A stretch of DNA of 64,000 nucleotides from positions 78,270 through 142,269 of the forward strand of contig CAWIED010000001.1 in NCBI GenBank assembly GCA_963835085.1, written 5' to 3'. Below, in pieces: positions 20,047 to 30,044 of this stretch. The notes under the pieces were generated by a model. The model was given only the letters and a program-made list of their open reading frames with translations. It did not search any database and was not told the DNA's origin. The stretch's first letter is position 1. The number at the start of each line of letters is the position of its first letter. The position numbers were made by a program, and so were the translations under genes. The stretch comes from an uncultured Actinomycetota bacterium. Lineage in GTDB: Bacteria > Actinomycetota > Actinomycetes > Actinomycetales > CAWJMD01.

Positions 20047-21693
20047 ATGGCGAAGGCGGGTGCTCGCACGTCGGAGTCGGACCGGCTCGCGCCCTACCGG
20101 GCGAAACGTGACTTCGCCAAGACCCAAGAGCCCGCTGGCGGCGCCCAGAGGATCCGCAGCGCGGCCGAGGCGGAACAAGGCGCCGAGGCGCCGTCGGCGC
20201 GATTCGTGGTCCAGCGGCACCGGGCCCGGCGGCTGCACTACGACTTCCGCCTCGAAATGGGCGGCGTCCTGGTGAGCTGGGCCGTCCCCAAGGGTCCGAC
20301 CCTGGACCCGAAGGTGCGGCGCGCTGCGTTCCGAGTCGAGGACCACCCGCTGGACTACTTCGACTTCGAGGGCGTGATCCCGGCCGGCCAGTACGGCGGT
20401 GGGGACGTGATCGTCTGGGACGCCGGCACCTGGCACCTCCACCCGTCGACCGACCCGGCCGCTGCGCTCGCGGCCGGCGAGCTGCACCTGGACCTGTTCG
20501 GCGAGAAGCTGCGCGGGCGGTTCATCCTGGTGCGGACCAGGACCGACTCCTCCGGGAAGGAGGAGTGGCTGATCCTGCACAAGCACGACGAGTACGCAGT
20601 CGATGGCTGGAGCCCCGAGGACCATCCGCGCTCCGTGCTCTCCGGACGCACGAACGACGAGGTGAAGGCCGACCCGGAGCGGATGTGGCGCTCGGACCTG
20701 CCCGCGTCGCTGGCGTCCGTACTGCTCAAACCGGTCCGCCCCAAGGCACTCGGCAATGACGAACTCGCCGCGCTCGACGCGTTGGGCTCTGCCGGGACAT
20801 GGTCGGTGTTCGGTCGCGAGCTGCGCATCACCAACCTGGACAAGGAACTGTTCCCGGCGCGGCGTGGGGAGCAGCCGGCGACCAAGCGCGACCTGCTGCG
20901 TTACACCGCCCAGCTCGCTCCCACCGTGCTGCCCTATCTGCAGCGGCGGGCGTTGAACATGCACCGCTTCCCCGGTGGCGCCGGCACCAAAGGCTTCTGG
21001 CACAAAGAGCTGCCCGATCACGCGCCGGACTGGGTGCCACGCTGGGACAACCCGGACGCCGACCCTGGCGAGACCCGCACCTATCTCGTCGTCGACGAAC
21101 CCGCGGCCCTGGTGTGGGCCGCGAACTTCGGCGCATTGGAATGGCACGCCTGGACCTCACCGGTCAGCCATCCCGACCAGCCGAGCTATGCCCTAGTCGA
21201 TCTCGACCCCGGTAAGCACACCAGCTGGGACGACCTGCTCGTCCTAGCCAGGCTGCATCGCACCGCCCTGGAACACGTCGGCGTTCACGGCCGCCCCAAA
21301 GTCACCGGCCAGCGCGGCATTCAGATCTGGATTCCCATCGCACCCGGGCCGTCATTCGACGACACCCGGGCCTGGGTCGAGCAACTGTCCAAGACGGTCG
21401 GAGCTGTCGTGCCTGACCTGGTCAGCTGGAAATGGCAAGTCCGCGACCGTGCGGGCCTCGCCCGGCTCGACTACACGCAGAACGCCATCAACAAGACCCT
21501 CATCGCCCCCTACAGCCCCCGCGCCGCCCCCGGAGCACCGGTATCGACGCCGATCGACTGGGACGAACTTGACGATCCGGGGCTGCGGCCCGACGGCTAC
21601 ACCATGCGCACCATCGTTCCGCGGCTGGCTGAGCGGGGCGACCTGTTCGCCGACGTCCTGCGGCACGACCAGTCCCTGCCACCGTTGCACTAG
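20047..21693 (+). CDS. ligD: NHEJ protein LigD, phosphoesterase plus polymerase/primase domains only (no ligase domain)
   Basis: PE domain: YRAKRDFAKTQEP, FVVQRHRARRLHYDFRLE, VSWAVPKGPTLDP, EDHPLDYFDFEG. Pol domain: ITNLDKELFP, KRDLLRYT, LNMHRFPGG, GIQIWIPI, DYTQNA. The ORF ends without an adenylation domain. Confidence 0.85.
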   Translation: MAKAGARTSESDRLAPYRAKRDFAKTQEPAGGAQRIRSAAEAEQGAEAPSARFVVQRHRARRLHYDFRLEMGGVLVSWAVPKGPTLDPKVRRAAFRVEDHPLDYFDFEGVIPAGQYGGGDVIVWDAGTWHLHPSTDPAAALAAGELHLDLFGEKLRGRFILVRTRTDSSGKEEWLILHKHDEYAVDGWSPEDHPRSVLSGRTNDEVKADPERMWRSDLPASLASVLLKPVRPKALGNDELAALDALGSAGTWSVFGRELRITNLDKELFPARRGEQPATKRDLLRYTAQLAPTVLPYLQRRALNMHRFPGGAGTKGFWHKELPDHAPDWVPRWDNPDADPGETRTYLVVDEPAALVWAANFGALEWHAWTSPVSHPDQPSYALVDLDPGKHTSWDDLLVLARLHRTALEHVGVHGRPKVTGQRGIQIWIPIAPGPSFDDTRAWVEQLSKTVGAVVPDLVSWKWQVRDRAGLARLDYTQNAINKTLIAPYSPRAAPGAPVSTPIDWDELDDPGLRPDGYTMRTIVPRLAERGDLFADVLRHDQSLPPLH

Positions 21694-21948
21694 CGCACGC
21701 GCAGATCGGACAGCTCTGCAGGCCGCGACGATGGACGACTGTATGTGACATGGGTCACGTTTGTCCGACAATTAGGCCCAATGGGTCATGCGCTAACCAC
21801 TGAGTGTAACCGACCCTTGTGCATTGCGCCCGGTTGTTGATATTTAAATCGGTCATGTATGGGGTGGGCCATGTATACATGGTGTTGAAGCGATCTACGT
21901 CGAGATGTGAAACAACCGCAGTGCCTGGCTGGGCGGTGAACAGCGGCC

Positions 21949-23337
21949 ATGCGATTGGGTGAAGCTCGGCGTGCGGGCGTGGGTATCCTGCTCGAGGTTG
22001 GGGTTGCCACAGCTGTCGTAGTGAGTGACGCGATCGTCGCGGGCCCGAATCTCAGGCAAGTCGGCATTGCGTTGTTCGTAGCCTGGATGGTGGGCCGCAG
22101 CCGGTGGTCGTGCCCTCCAGGGCCGGCGCAGTTGCTGCCGATGGTCGGTCGCATATGGATCCCGACCTTCCACGTGCTGTTGGCCTTGGCCCTGGTCGGG
22201 CTCTTGATGTCCGTGGGGATGCGTGGCCTTCGGCTTGGAATGATGCTGTGCATATTCCTCGTCGGCAGTGGCATCGCGACATTGGGGGCGAGCCGCGGGG
22301 GTGACGGTTCGGGCCGGATTCTGGTCGTAGGCGACCGAGTGTTCAGCGATGCGATTGTTGCTGAGCTAGCCCAACGGGGTAACCGGGACTACGTAGTGAT
22401 CGGATGTTGCGATCCCGAGGCCCTTGCCCCGACGGCGGACATCTGGGACGAGGGCGTCGACCTGTTGCTGCTGGCGCCCGGTGCGAGCAGGATCGACGTC
22501 TTCCGCAGGCTTGAGCGTCGAATACTGGAATCGGACGTCCGGGTCCTGGAGCTGAGTGGCTTCTACGAGGCAGTGTTTGGCTACGTGCCGCTTGGTTCGA
22601 TAAACGCCGCGTGGTTTCAATGCATCATGCATCCCCGGCATCGACGGGGAATCTCCGCGGGCAAGCGCATCATCGACGTCGTTATCGCGCTCGGCCTGCT
22701 GGTGCCCGTCGGACTGGTGGTGCTCGTGAGTGCTCCCTTGATCAGACTCGACGGCGGCCCGGTGTTCTACTCACAGACCCGAGTGGGGGAGTGCAACAAG
22801 CACTTCCGCATTTGGAAACTCCGGACCATGACCGGTGGCCCCGCTGGGAATGAGCAGAGCTGGTCGAGCGCCGGTGACCAGCGCGTCACCAGGATTGGGC
22901 GCATCTTGCGTCGCACTCATCTCGACGAAACACCACAGATCTGGAACGTGCTTCGTGGAGAGATGAGCCTGGTCGGCCCGCGCCCGGAGCAACCCGCCAT
23001 CGCCCAGGCGCTTGACGCACAGATCGGCTTCTACTCCCGCCGGCACCTCACCCGGCCGGGAATCACCGGCTGGTCGCAGGTGCTCAATGGCTATTCGGGC
23101 TCCGTCGACGGCGCCCGGGTCAAAGCTGCGTTCGACCTGTTCTACGTGCGGCACGAGTCGGTGCATCTCGATCTGTTGATCCTGCTGGAGACGCTGCGGA
23201 CCTTCGTCGCCGATAAACAGTGGCAGGTTCCCAACCGCGAGTCGTTGGCACTCTTTCCGTTCAGTGCTGAGACTCATTCCAGCACTGCAGATCTCCCTTC
23301 GGCGCGCCGTGCCAGTGCCCCCGAGTCGGCGGCGTGA
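21949..23337 (+). CDS. Polyprenyl-phosphate glycosyl-1-phosphate transferase (WbaP/EpsB-like priming sugar transferase)
   Basis: C-terminal bacterial sugar transferase domain (KRIIDVVIALGLL...DGGPVFYSQTRVG...FRIWKLRTM...DETPQIWNVLRGEMSLVGPRPE). N-terminal TM segments. Start uncertain. Confidence 0.8.
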   Translation: MRLGEARRAGVGILLEVGVATAVVVSDAIVAGPNLRQVGIALFVAWMVGRSRWSCPPGPAQLLPMVGRIWIPTFHVLLALALVGLLMSVGMRGLRLGMMLCIFLVGSGIATLGASRGGDGSGRILVVGDRVFSDAIVAELAQRGNRDYVVIGCCDPEALAPTADIWDEGVDLLLLAPGASRIDVFRRLERRILESDVRVLELSGFYEAVFGYVPLGSINAAWFQCIMHPRHRRGISAGKRIIDVVIALGLLVPVGLVVLVSAPLIRLDGGPVFYSQTRVGECNKHFRIWKLRTMTGGPAGNEQSWSSAGDQRVTRIGRILRRTHLDETPQIWNVLRGEMSLVGPRPEQPAIAQALDAQIGFYSRRHLTRPGITGWSQVLNGYSGSVDGARVKAAFDLFYVRHESVHLDLLILLETLRTFVADKQWQVPNRESLALFPFSAETHSSTADLPSARRASAPESAA

Positions 23338-24561
23338 GCCCGGATCCGCCGCGCGTCGGCGTGTTCCTCGATGCCGGCTGCAGTCAGCGCGACGCCCAGG
23401 TCTACGCACATCGTGACGTTGCCGCGTTTCTGCAGTTCGTACTCGCTGTGACCGAACAGGTCGGCTCGACGACATTGCTGTGCCGGCGGCTCGACGAGGC
23501 AGACGGTGTCGGTGTACCGGTCGGCGCTGTCACGGATCTCGTGACTTTGCCCCACTACGCCGGCGTACGAGACGTGCTCGGCATGGTTCGAGCCATCCCC
23601 GCGACCGCTCGGCGAGTTGCCCGATCGGTCCGCGGCATAGACGTCCTCTGGGTATTCGGGCCATCGCCGATGTCCGTGCTGGTCGCCGCGATCGCCAAGG
23701 TCCCGAGGAGTACGCGTCGTGTTCGGAGTACGGCAGGACACCCTCCAATACTTCAGGTTCCGCCTGAAGGATGGACGTGCTCGCGCGGCGGTGATGTTCG
23801 CCGTCCGCGTCTTGGAGGGCTCTTTTAGGCTGCTTGCCCGCGGCAGCGACGTGACGGCGGTGGGAACACCCGCAGTCGAGCGCTACCGCCGCCATGCGCG
23901 ATCCGTGTTGCCCATGAAAGTAACGCTGTCCCAAGGCATTCGGTCGCCGCGCCCAATTGATGATCGCTCTGTCTCCCGGGTCGGCCTGGCAGCGGCCGGG
24001 CGTCCTGAGGCCGCCCCGGCTCAGCTCCTGACGGTCGGCCGACTCGATCCCGAGAAGAACCCGCTACTGCTGCTGAAAGTCTGCCGGCTGCTCATCGGAG
24101 ACCCTACGGTGCCGGACTTCAACTGGACGTGGATCGGCGATGGCGACTTCCGGGAGCCGCTACGGGCTGGAGCCCGTGACCTGGGGCTTGCCAAGGTCGT
24201 GGAGACGCCAGGCTTCGTGGTTCCCGGTGAGCCGCTGGCCGCCCGGTACGCGGCGGCCGACCTCTACGTCCACATCGCACTCACGGAGGGCCTGCCCCAG
24301 GTGCTCTACGAGGCTGCCGCCGCCGGGCTGCCGATCATCGCCACCGACGTGGGCGGCGTGCGAGAGGCGCTCGCCAACGGTGAGGCCGGCGTCCTGGTGC
24401 CGCCCGCCGACGCAGCAGCCTTGGCCGGTGCTATTGCGGTCCTGCTTCGGGATCCGCACCAACGCCAGGCTTGGGCTGAACGCGCCGTCCGTGAATTGGG
24501 TGAGGTCGACCTGAAGACTGAATCCCGACGGGTAGCCGACTTTCTGGTGGGGCAGTCATGA
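23334..24561 (+). pseudogene. GT4-family (GT-B fold) glycosyltransferase interrupted by a +1 frameshift
   Basis: The N-terminal half is in the 23334 frame. The C-terminal half carries GT4 motifs (LLTVGRLDPEKN, ETPGFV, ADLYVHIALTEGLPQVLYEAAAAGLPIIATDVGG) in the 23719 frame. The junction is at the CCC run 23702-23704. The start and stop overlap neighbouring genes (GTGA / ATGA). Confidence 0.75.
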
Positions 24562-25604
24562 AGGGTGTCCCGGCCTCCGTGGCCATCTTCGTGCCGGTGC
24601 TCAACGAGGAGGCCTTTGTCGACGTCGTGACGTCAAGCCTTCAGGCACAGACGTATTCGGCCACACTCACCTTCTACGTCATTGACGGTGGGTCGAGCGA
24701 CCAGACGGTGGCACTCTTCGAGTCGGTCAGACAAAAAGATCCACGCTTTATCCTGTTGCGCAATCCGCGGCGGGTCACTCCAGCCGCGCTCAACATCGCC
24801 TTACGCGAGGCCGATGCTGCCGGAACCGAATTCGTCGTTCGATTCGATGCCCACACCCGGTACCCACCGGACTATGTCGAACGTGCTGTGCGTCGGCTGC
24901 AACAAGGTGAGGTCGTGTCTGTCAGCGGGCCCCAGATCGCAATTCCCGGCGACACCGACTGGTCTCGGGCCTCGGCCGTCGCGCTCAGCACGCGGCTAGG
25001 CATCGGCGGCTCGGAATACCGGCTTCGAGGCGACCGTGAGATCGAGGTGGACTCCGGCTTCTGCGGCATCTGGCGTCGAGAGCTGCTCGTGGCGGCCGGC
25101 GGCTGGGACGAGGAGACCTACCCGAACGAAGACGCGGAACTCGCCGCCCGGCTGCGCAAGGCCGGTGGACTCATCGTCTGTCTTCCCGAGCTCGCAGCCC
25201 AGTACGCCCCGCGCCCGACGTGCAAGGGCACGGCCTTGCAGTATCACCGGTACGGCATATTCCGGGCTCGTACTGTGAACCGCCATCCCGAGAGCCTTCG
25301 GTTGGCGCATCTCATAGTTCCGCTGACAGTCGTCGCGCTGTTCGGGAACGTGGTACCGGCACGAGCGCTTCGCCGGTTGGCGCATGTGACAACCGCGGCC
25401 TACGGCCTTGCGTTGGCGGCGACAACGTTGGCGAAGGCACGTGAGGCCGGACGTGCCGCGCCCTTGCTGCCCGTGGTACTGGTCACGATGCACACGTCCT
25501 GGGGCACCGGGTTCCTGCGTGGCTGTCTTCGTTTCGGCCCGCCGGTGCGAGGAATCGCCATGGTCGTGCGGCGTGCAGTGCGTGGGCGTGGGCGTGGCAC
25601 ATGA
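24558..25604 (+). CDS. GT2-family glycosyltransferase with C-terminal membrane segments
   Basis: VAIFVPVLNEEAFV...VIDGGSSDQT... is the GT-A signature. Its ATG overlaps the upstream stop. Confidence 0.85.
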   Translation: MKGVPASVAIFVPVLNEEAFVDVVTSSLQAQTYSATLTFYVIDGGSSDQTVALFESVRQKDPRFILLRNPRRVTPAALNIALREADAAGTEFVVRFDAHTRYPPDYVERAVRRLQQGEVVSVSGPQIAIPGDTDWSRASAVALSTRLGIGGSEYRLRGDREIEVDSGFCGIWRRELLVAAGGWDEETYPNEDAELAARLRKAGGLIVCLPELAAQYAPRPTCKGTALQYHRYGIFRARTVNRHPESLRLAHLIVPLTVVALFGNVVPARALRRLAHVTTAAYGLALAATTLAKAREAGRAAPLLPVVLVTMHTSWGTGFLRGCLRFGPPVRGIAMVVRRAVRGRGRGT

Positions 25605-25679
25605 TGACGCGGTTGGCGTGTGCGCGCAGTGATTGTAAAGACAACCGTCACCCCTGGAAATAACCGGAGATCTCGACGA

Positions 25680-26405
25680 ATGACTGAAGGTCCACAGACT
25701 GAGCCTGCCCGCCCGCCCTGGAAAGTCCGGCTCCCCGCGCGGACGCTGGTGCTGCTTCCCCTCATCCTTGGCATTGTGGGACTGCTCGGCGGATTGGTGC
25801 TCGTCCAGGTTCGCCCACCGCAGTCCACGGCGCGCATCGTCTTGCAGATACAACCGCTATCCGTGGATTCCAAGCTGGGTAGCGCGCACCTGGGGATCTT
25901 GATCGATTGGGGTACTCCGCAACGCTCGGTGCAGACTGCGCTGGCTCTCCTCAGTGGTGATCCGACCGTCGAGCAAACCGCGGAAGAACTCGGTTGGAGC
26001 GAGGCGAAGGCGCGCAGCGACATCATGGTCGAACCGCTCGGCGACGCGAACATCATCGCGGTCACCGCGCGGGCAGGCTCTGCCGAGCAGGCCCGTCACG
26101 CAGCGGAGACCTACGCTCGGGTCGCACTGCAGGCCTACAACGCACCCATCCAGCGCGCTGCCCGGGAGCAGCTCGCCGGTCTTGGGGCGGGGGGAGATCC
26201 CGACCTGCACCAGGACCTGCAGGCGGTGGCTGATCAGGGCGATCCTGGTATCACCGAGATCCAGGCGGCCGCCAGCAGTTCCGATCCGGCTCCTATCGGG
26301 CTCCTGTATCCCGCGGCAGGTGCCGCCGCAGGCGTACTCGCGGGCTTCGCACTTTCGCTGCTGTTCGACCTGCGGCGGGGATCCGGCCGTGGCACTCCTG
26401 TCTAG
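25680..26405 (+). CDS. Wzz-like polysaccharide chain-length determinant (two terminal TM helices, no kinase domain)
   Basis: N-terminal TM (LVLLPLILGIVGLLGGLVLV), a soluble middle region and a C-terminal TM (AAGAAAGVLAGFALSLLF). The call rests on topology and context, not on a motif match. Start taken at ATG 25680. Confidence 0.5.
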   Translation: MTEGPQTEPARPPWKVRLPARTLVLLPLILGIVGLLGGLVLVQVRPPQSTARIVLQIQPLSVDSKLGSAHLGILIDWGTPQRSVQTALALLSGDPTVEQTAEELGWSEAKARSDIMVEPLGDANIIAVTARAGSAEQARHAAETYARVALQAYNAPIQRAAREQLAGLGAGGDPDLHQDLQAVADQGDPGITEIQAAASSSDPAPIGLLYPAAGAAAGVLAGFALSLLFDLRRGSGRGTPV

Positions 26406-27702
26406 GCTCGCCAGGATCCGCCCCAGCGTCGTTCCGGCGATCTGGTGGGTGGGCCTGCTCATCCCTTACAACCCCGCTGGGCACCTGCTGCAGAAGGGTG
26501 GCTTTGTCGTCGTCGCACTCCTGGCCATCGTTCGGCTATGCCTGCACCCTGACCTGGTGTGGGCTCGGTTGTGGACGCATCGGCGCCTGCTCGGCTCTCT
26601 GGCAGCACTCCTCGCCTGGCTGACCGCCTCGATCACCTGGTCGGCAACACCGAAGACCAGCCTGGGCGACCTGTTGGTCTGGTACTTGTGCGGCATCGTC
26701 TACGTCACCGCCGTCATCACGGTTGTCGATCATCGCGACCTGCGCATCCTGGCTGTCGGCTGGTCGGTCGGAGCCGTATTGCTCGCACTGACCGGCATCC
26801 CAGACCTGTTCACCTCCGTTGACCCAGACGATCCACTCAGCTCGGCCGCCGGCCGGATGGCCGGTGCGGCGGGGGACCCCAACATCTTGGGTGCGGGTTG
26901 TCTGGCCGGCATCTGGCTGCTGGTGGGCATCAGTGGCTGGCTGCGCCATACGTACGGCCGCACGGTGACCGTCGTGACGCTCCTGCCGTCCTTTGCTCTG
27001 CTTGCCCTCGGCGTCGTGATGTCGGAGTCGCGCGGGGCCCTGGTGGCGGTCGTCGTCTCTGTCGTGATGGCTCTGTACGTCTTTCGCCGGCACTTGCGGC
27101 CGGCTTACCTGGTGCTGGGTGCAGCCGTGCTCGTCATCGCCTACCGGGTGGCCGTGGACAGCGGGCGGGTTCGCCTCCTCGACTTCTCTGACGGGGGCCA
27201 GGGCCGCAGCGATCTATGGCGCGCGGCACTTCAGATGGCTCTTCACCATCCCGTCTTCGGCGTCGGAGTCGGCGGCTTCGGGCCGTCCGCCAAGCAATAC
27301 CTGCTGGAGATTGGCCAGATCACCGACTCCAACGCCCTCACGATGGGGCTCGAGGCACACAACACGTATTTACAGGCGGCAGCCGAAGCAGGTCTTGTCG
27401 GAGCGGTTCTGCTGTTGATCTTCCTTGGCCTTACCGGGCGCCAGTTGGTCATGACCATGCGACAGAGGCGCGACATTGGCCAAGCCGATCAGGTGCGGCT
27501 GCTTCAAGGGCTGCTCCTAGCGTTGATCACGCTGGCTGTCTGCGCCTTCTTCGTTTCTATGGGCAAGGAGTATCGAACGTGGGCGCTGCTTGCACTGGTC
27601 CCTGTCGCCACCCAACTATCTGCCGAACATCGACCGTCCCGACCGGAGAGCGAGGGGGAAAGTCTTGATGCCTGCCATGACCGTCATCATCCCGTGCTAT
27701 AA
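26389..27702 (+). CDS. O-antigen ligase/polymerase (Wzy_C-domain) family membrane protein
   Basis: About 10 TM helices. Characteristic loop ...MSESRGALVAVV... and RSDLWRAALQMALHHPVFGVGVGGF...LEAHNTYLQAAAEAGLVG. The start is assumed at GTG 26389. The longer ORF from 25954 overlaps the Wzz-like gene in another frame. Confidence 0.75.
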   Translation: MALLSRLARIRPSVVPAIWWVGLLIPYNPAGHLLQKGGFVVVALLAIVRLCLHPDLVWARLWTHRRLLGSLAALLAWLTASITWSATPKTSLGDLLVWYLCGIVYVTAVITVVDHRDLRILAVGWSVGAVLLALTGIPDLFTSVDPDDPLSSAAGRMAGAAGDPNILGAGCLAGIWLLVGISGWLRHTYGRTVTVVTLLPSFALLALGVVMSESRGALVAVVVSVVMALYVFRRHLRPAYLVLGAAVLVIAYRVAVDSGRVRLLDFSDGGQGRSDLWRAALQMALHHPVFGVGVGGFGPSAKQYLLEIGQITDSNALTMGLEAHNTYLQAAAEAGLVGAVLLLIFLGLTGRQLVMTMRQRRDIGQADQVRLLQGLLLALITLAVCAFFVSMGKEYRTWALLALVPVATQLSAEHRPSRPESEGESLDACHDRHHPVL

Positions 27703-28546
27703 CGACGGCGCCACTCTGCCGGAAACCTTGGCGAGCGTTCGCGACCAGGGTGCCGCCGAGATCATCGTCGTAGACGATGGATCGACCGACGCGGCGACCA
27801 TTCGGCTGATGGACGAACTCCGCTGCGATCCAGCTATCCGGGTGATCCACCGCGAGAACGGAGGGTTGGCTGCAGCCCGGATGTCAGGTGTGCACGCGGC
27901 CACCAGCGAACTCATCGCTCCTGTGGACGCGGACGACGTCGTCGCGCCTGGTGCTCTGCGCCGCCTTGCGGAGGCCTTCGACATCGACGCTGAGCTCAGT
28001 GTTGCCTTTGGAGACATCGAGCTTTTCGGCACGATATCCGGCCGGCTCAGCTGTGATTGGGGTTGGGATCCATGGCTGATCTGCCATGTCAATCTGGTGC
28101 CCGGCGCGGCCTCGGTGATCCGTCGGAGTCACCTCATCGCTGACGGAGGCTGGGTGATCCGCGGCGGCTATGAGGACTGGGACCTGTGGATGTCCATGCT
28201 TGAGGCCGGACGGTCTGCCCGCTACGTGCCGGGTACCGTGCTCTACTACCGACAAGGCGCAGGGCGGATGCTGAGTGCCTCGCGCACAAGGCATGCTGAC
28301 TTGTTCGGTCAGGCCCACGACCGTCACCCTGCGTTGTTCGCAGCTCAGGCCCGACACCGCAGGCTCAGCCGGGCTCCCTGGCGGATGCGAATCGGTATCC
28401 GGTTAGTCGATGCCATGCCGGTGTCCAATGATCTGCGGCACCGGATCAAGCTGTTCTTGGCCTGGCCGACCCGAGGCGTGTCGGTACGAGCGCAGCGCCT
28501 GCGCACTCGGGTGAGCCGGCGGTCGCGATCCTGGGCCACGCCGTGA
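27668..28546 (+). CDS. GT2-family glycosyltransferase
   Basis: MTVIIPCYNDGATLPETLASVRDQ...IIVVDDGSTD...APVDADD is the GT-A signature. Confidence 0.85.
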   Translation: MPAMTVIIPCYNDGATLPETLASVRDQGAAEIIVVDDGSTDAATIRLMDELRCDPAIRVIHRENGGLAAARMSGVHAATSELIAPVDADDVVAPGALRRLAEAFDIDAELSVAFGDIELFGTISGRLSCDWGWDPWLICHVNLVPGAASVIRRSHLIADGGWVIRGGYEDWDLWMSMLEAGRSARYVPGTVLYYRQGAGRMLSASRTRHADLFGQAHDRHPALFAAQARHRRLSRAPWRMRIGIRLVDAMPVSNDLRHRIKLFLAWPTRGVSVRAQRLRTRVSRRSRSWATP

Positions 28547-29817
28547 AACGGCCGGCCGGCGTACTCGGCCTCGCCTCGATGGCCCTGGTCAGCCAACTCG
28601 GCGCGTCGGGCTTCGGGCTGCTCAATGCGGTCCTGATCGGGCGGATGCTCGGCCCAGAAGGGCGGGGGCAGGTCGCCTTCCTCACCACAGTGGGCGGCAT
28701 GGTCGGCTTCATCGCGACTCTGTCAGTGCAGGAGCTCTTGGCGTTGGAGTTCGGCCGGACGCACACGGCATTGCCACGGCTACTCGGAGCTTCGGTGGTG
28801 CTCGCCTGCATGCTGGGTGGTCTCGGCTCGGTCGTTGCCTATCTTGCGGTCACGAAAGTGCCCGGACTGCGGGCAGACGTGGACGGTGTGGGCCTGATGT
28901 GGACGATGGTAGCGATCCCACTTATTGTCCTTTATACCTATTTGTCGACACTGTTGCGCTCGCATGGCGCCCATACGCTCGCCAACCTCGCGCTACTAAT
29001 GATCACCGGTGTCAACCTGGCGACCAATGCGGCCTTGGCCGCGGCAGGGATCTTGAATGCGCGTACGGCGATCCTGAGTTGGACGATCGGGCAGTTGGCC
29101 GCGGCCGTCGCGGTCACCGGCTACTTCCTGAAGACCTCGGCCTGGGCCGTGCCCAGCCGGAGTCTGCTGGCACGATCGGTATCTTTCGGCAGTCGTGCCC
29201 ATGTCGGCGGTGTCATCACGACGGGCACGTATCGGGTCGACTCTTGGCTGCTCGGCTCGCTCGGTTCGGATCGGGCGCTTGGCCTGTACAGCGTCGCGGT
29301 GAGCTGGTTCGAGATGATGTTCCTGCTGCCGCAGGCGCTTGTGCTCGTATTGCGGCCGAAGTTCGCACAGCAGACACCGCAGGAGGCGGCCCGGCAGGCC
29401 GCCCGTGCCGTTCGGGTGGCCTTCGTGGCGAACGTGATTGTGGGCATAGGCCTCTTCCTTGCCGCCCCCATTCTGTGTGGGTGGATCTTCGGGCCTGAGT
29501 TCGAGGAGTCTGCTGCACTGCTGCGGTTGCTCATTCCTGGTGCCTTCGGCATCGCGGCGCTCAAGATCTTCGGTATCACGCTGATCATGCAGCGGCATCC
29601 CTTGAAAGAGTCGCTTGCGTCAGGGCTGAGTTTCGTCGTCGCTTTGATCGCCTGCGTTGTGCTCATTCCACGGTTTGGAGCCACGGGTGCGGCTCTGTCG
29701 TCAACGTTGTCCTACCTCGTGGGAGGAGGCGCCGCAGCGATCGTCGCCTTTGTCGTCCTGCGTGTGCCATGGACTGAGTTGCGGTTCCGCCGCAGCGACC
29801 TGGCCGGGCGGCTTTGA
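28543..29817 (+). CDS. Wzx-like oligosaccharide flippase (MOP superfamily)
   Basis: 424 aa with about 12 TM helices. Typical polysaccharide-biosynthesis-protein layout. Its GTG overlaps the upstream stop (GTGA). Confidence 0.8.
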   Translation: MKRPAGVLGLASMALVSQLGASGFGLLNAVLIGRMLGPEGRGQVAFLTTVGGMVGFIATLSVQELLALEFGRTHTALPRLLGASVVLACMLGGLGSVVAYLAVTKVPGLRADVDGVGLMWTMVAIPLIVLYTYLSTLLRSHGAHTLANLALLMITGVNLATNAALAAAGILNARTAILSWTIGQLAAAVAVTGYFLKTSAWAVPSRSLLARSVSFGSRAHVGGVITTGTYRVDSWLLGSLGSDRALGLYSVAVSWFEMMFLLPQALVLVLRPKFAQQTPQEAARQAARAVRVAFVANVIVGIGLFLAAPILCGWIFGPEFEESAALLRLLIPGAFGIAALKIFGITLIMQRHPLKESLASGLSFVVALIACVVLIPRFGATGAALSSTLSYLVGGGAAAIVAFVVLRVPWTELRFRRSDLAGRL

Positions 29818-30044
29818 CGGCGCGCTGGACGCAGCGCACCGCGGACGCCGCGGCGACGGGCTCTAGCGGCAATGCCGTTCGATCAAGGTTCGTGGTGGGT
29901 GTCCAACACCCACGCCCAGGCGAGCCCCGGCTCTCGGCGTTGCGTTTGGCGAGGAAGGCGCAGCCCTTGGAGGAAGGTGAAAGTCTTGCGGACTCTCTGA
30001 TGCGATCTTCAACGCAAGACGCCTGACCCGGAGCCGACCGCGGG

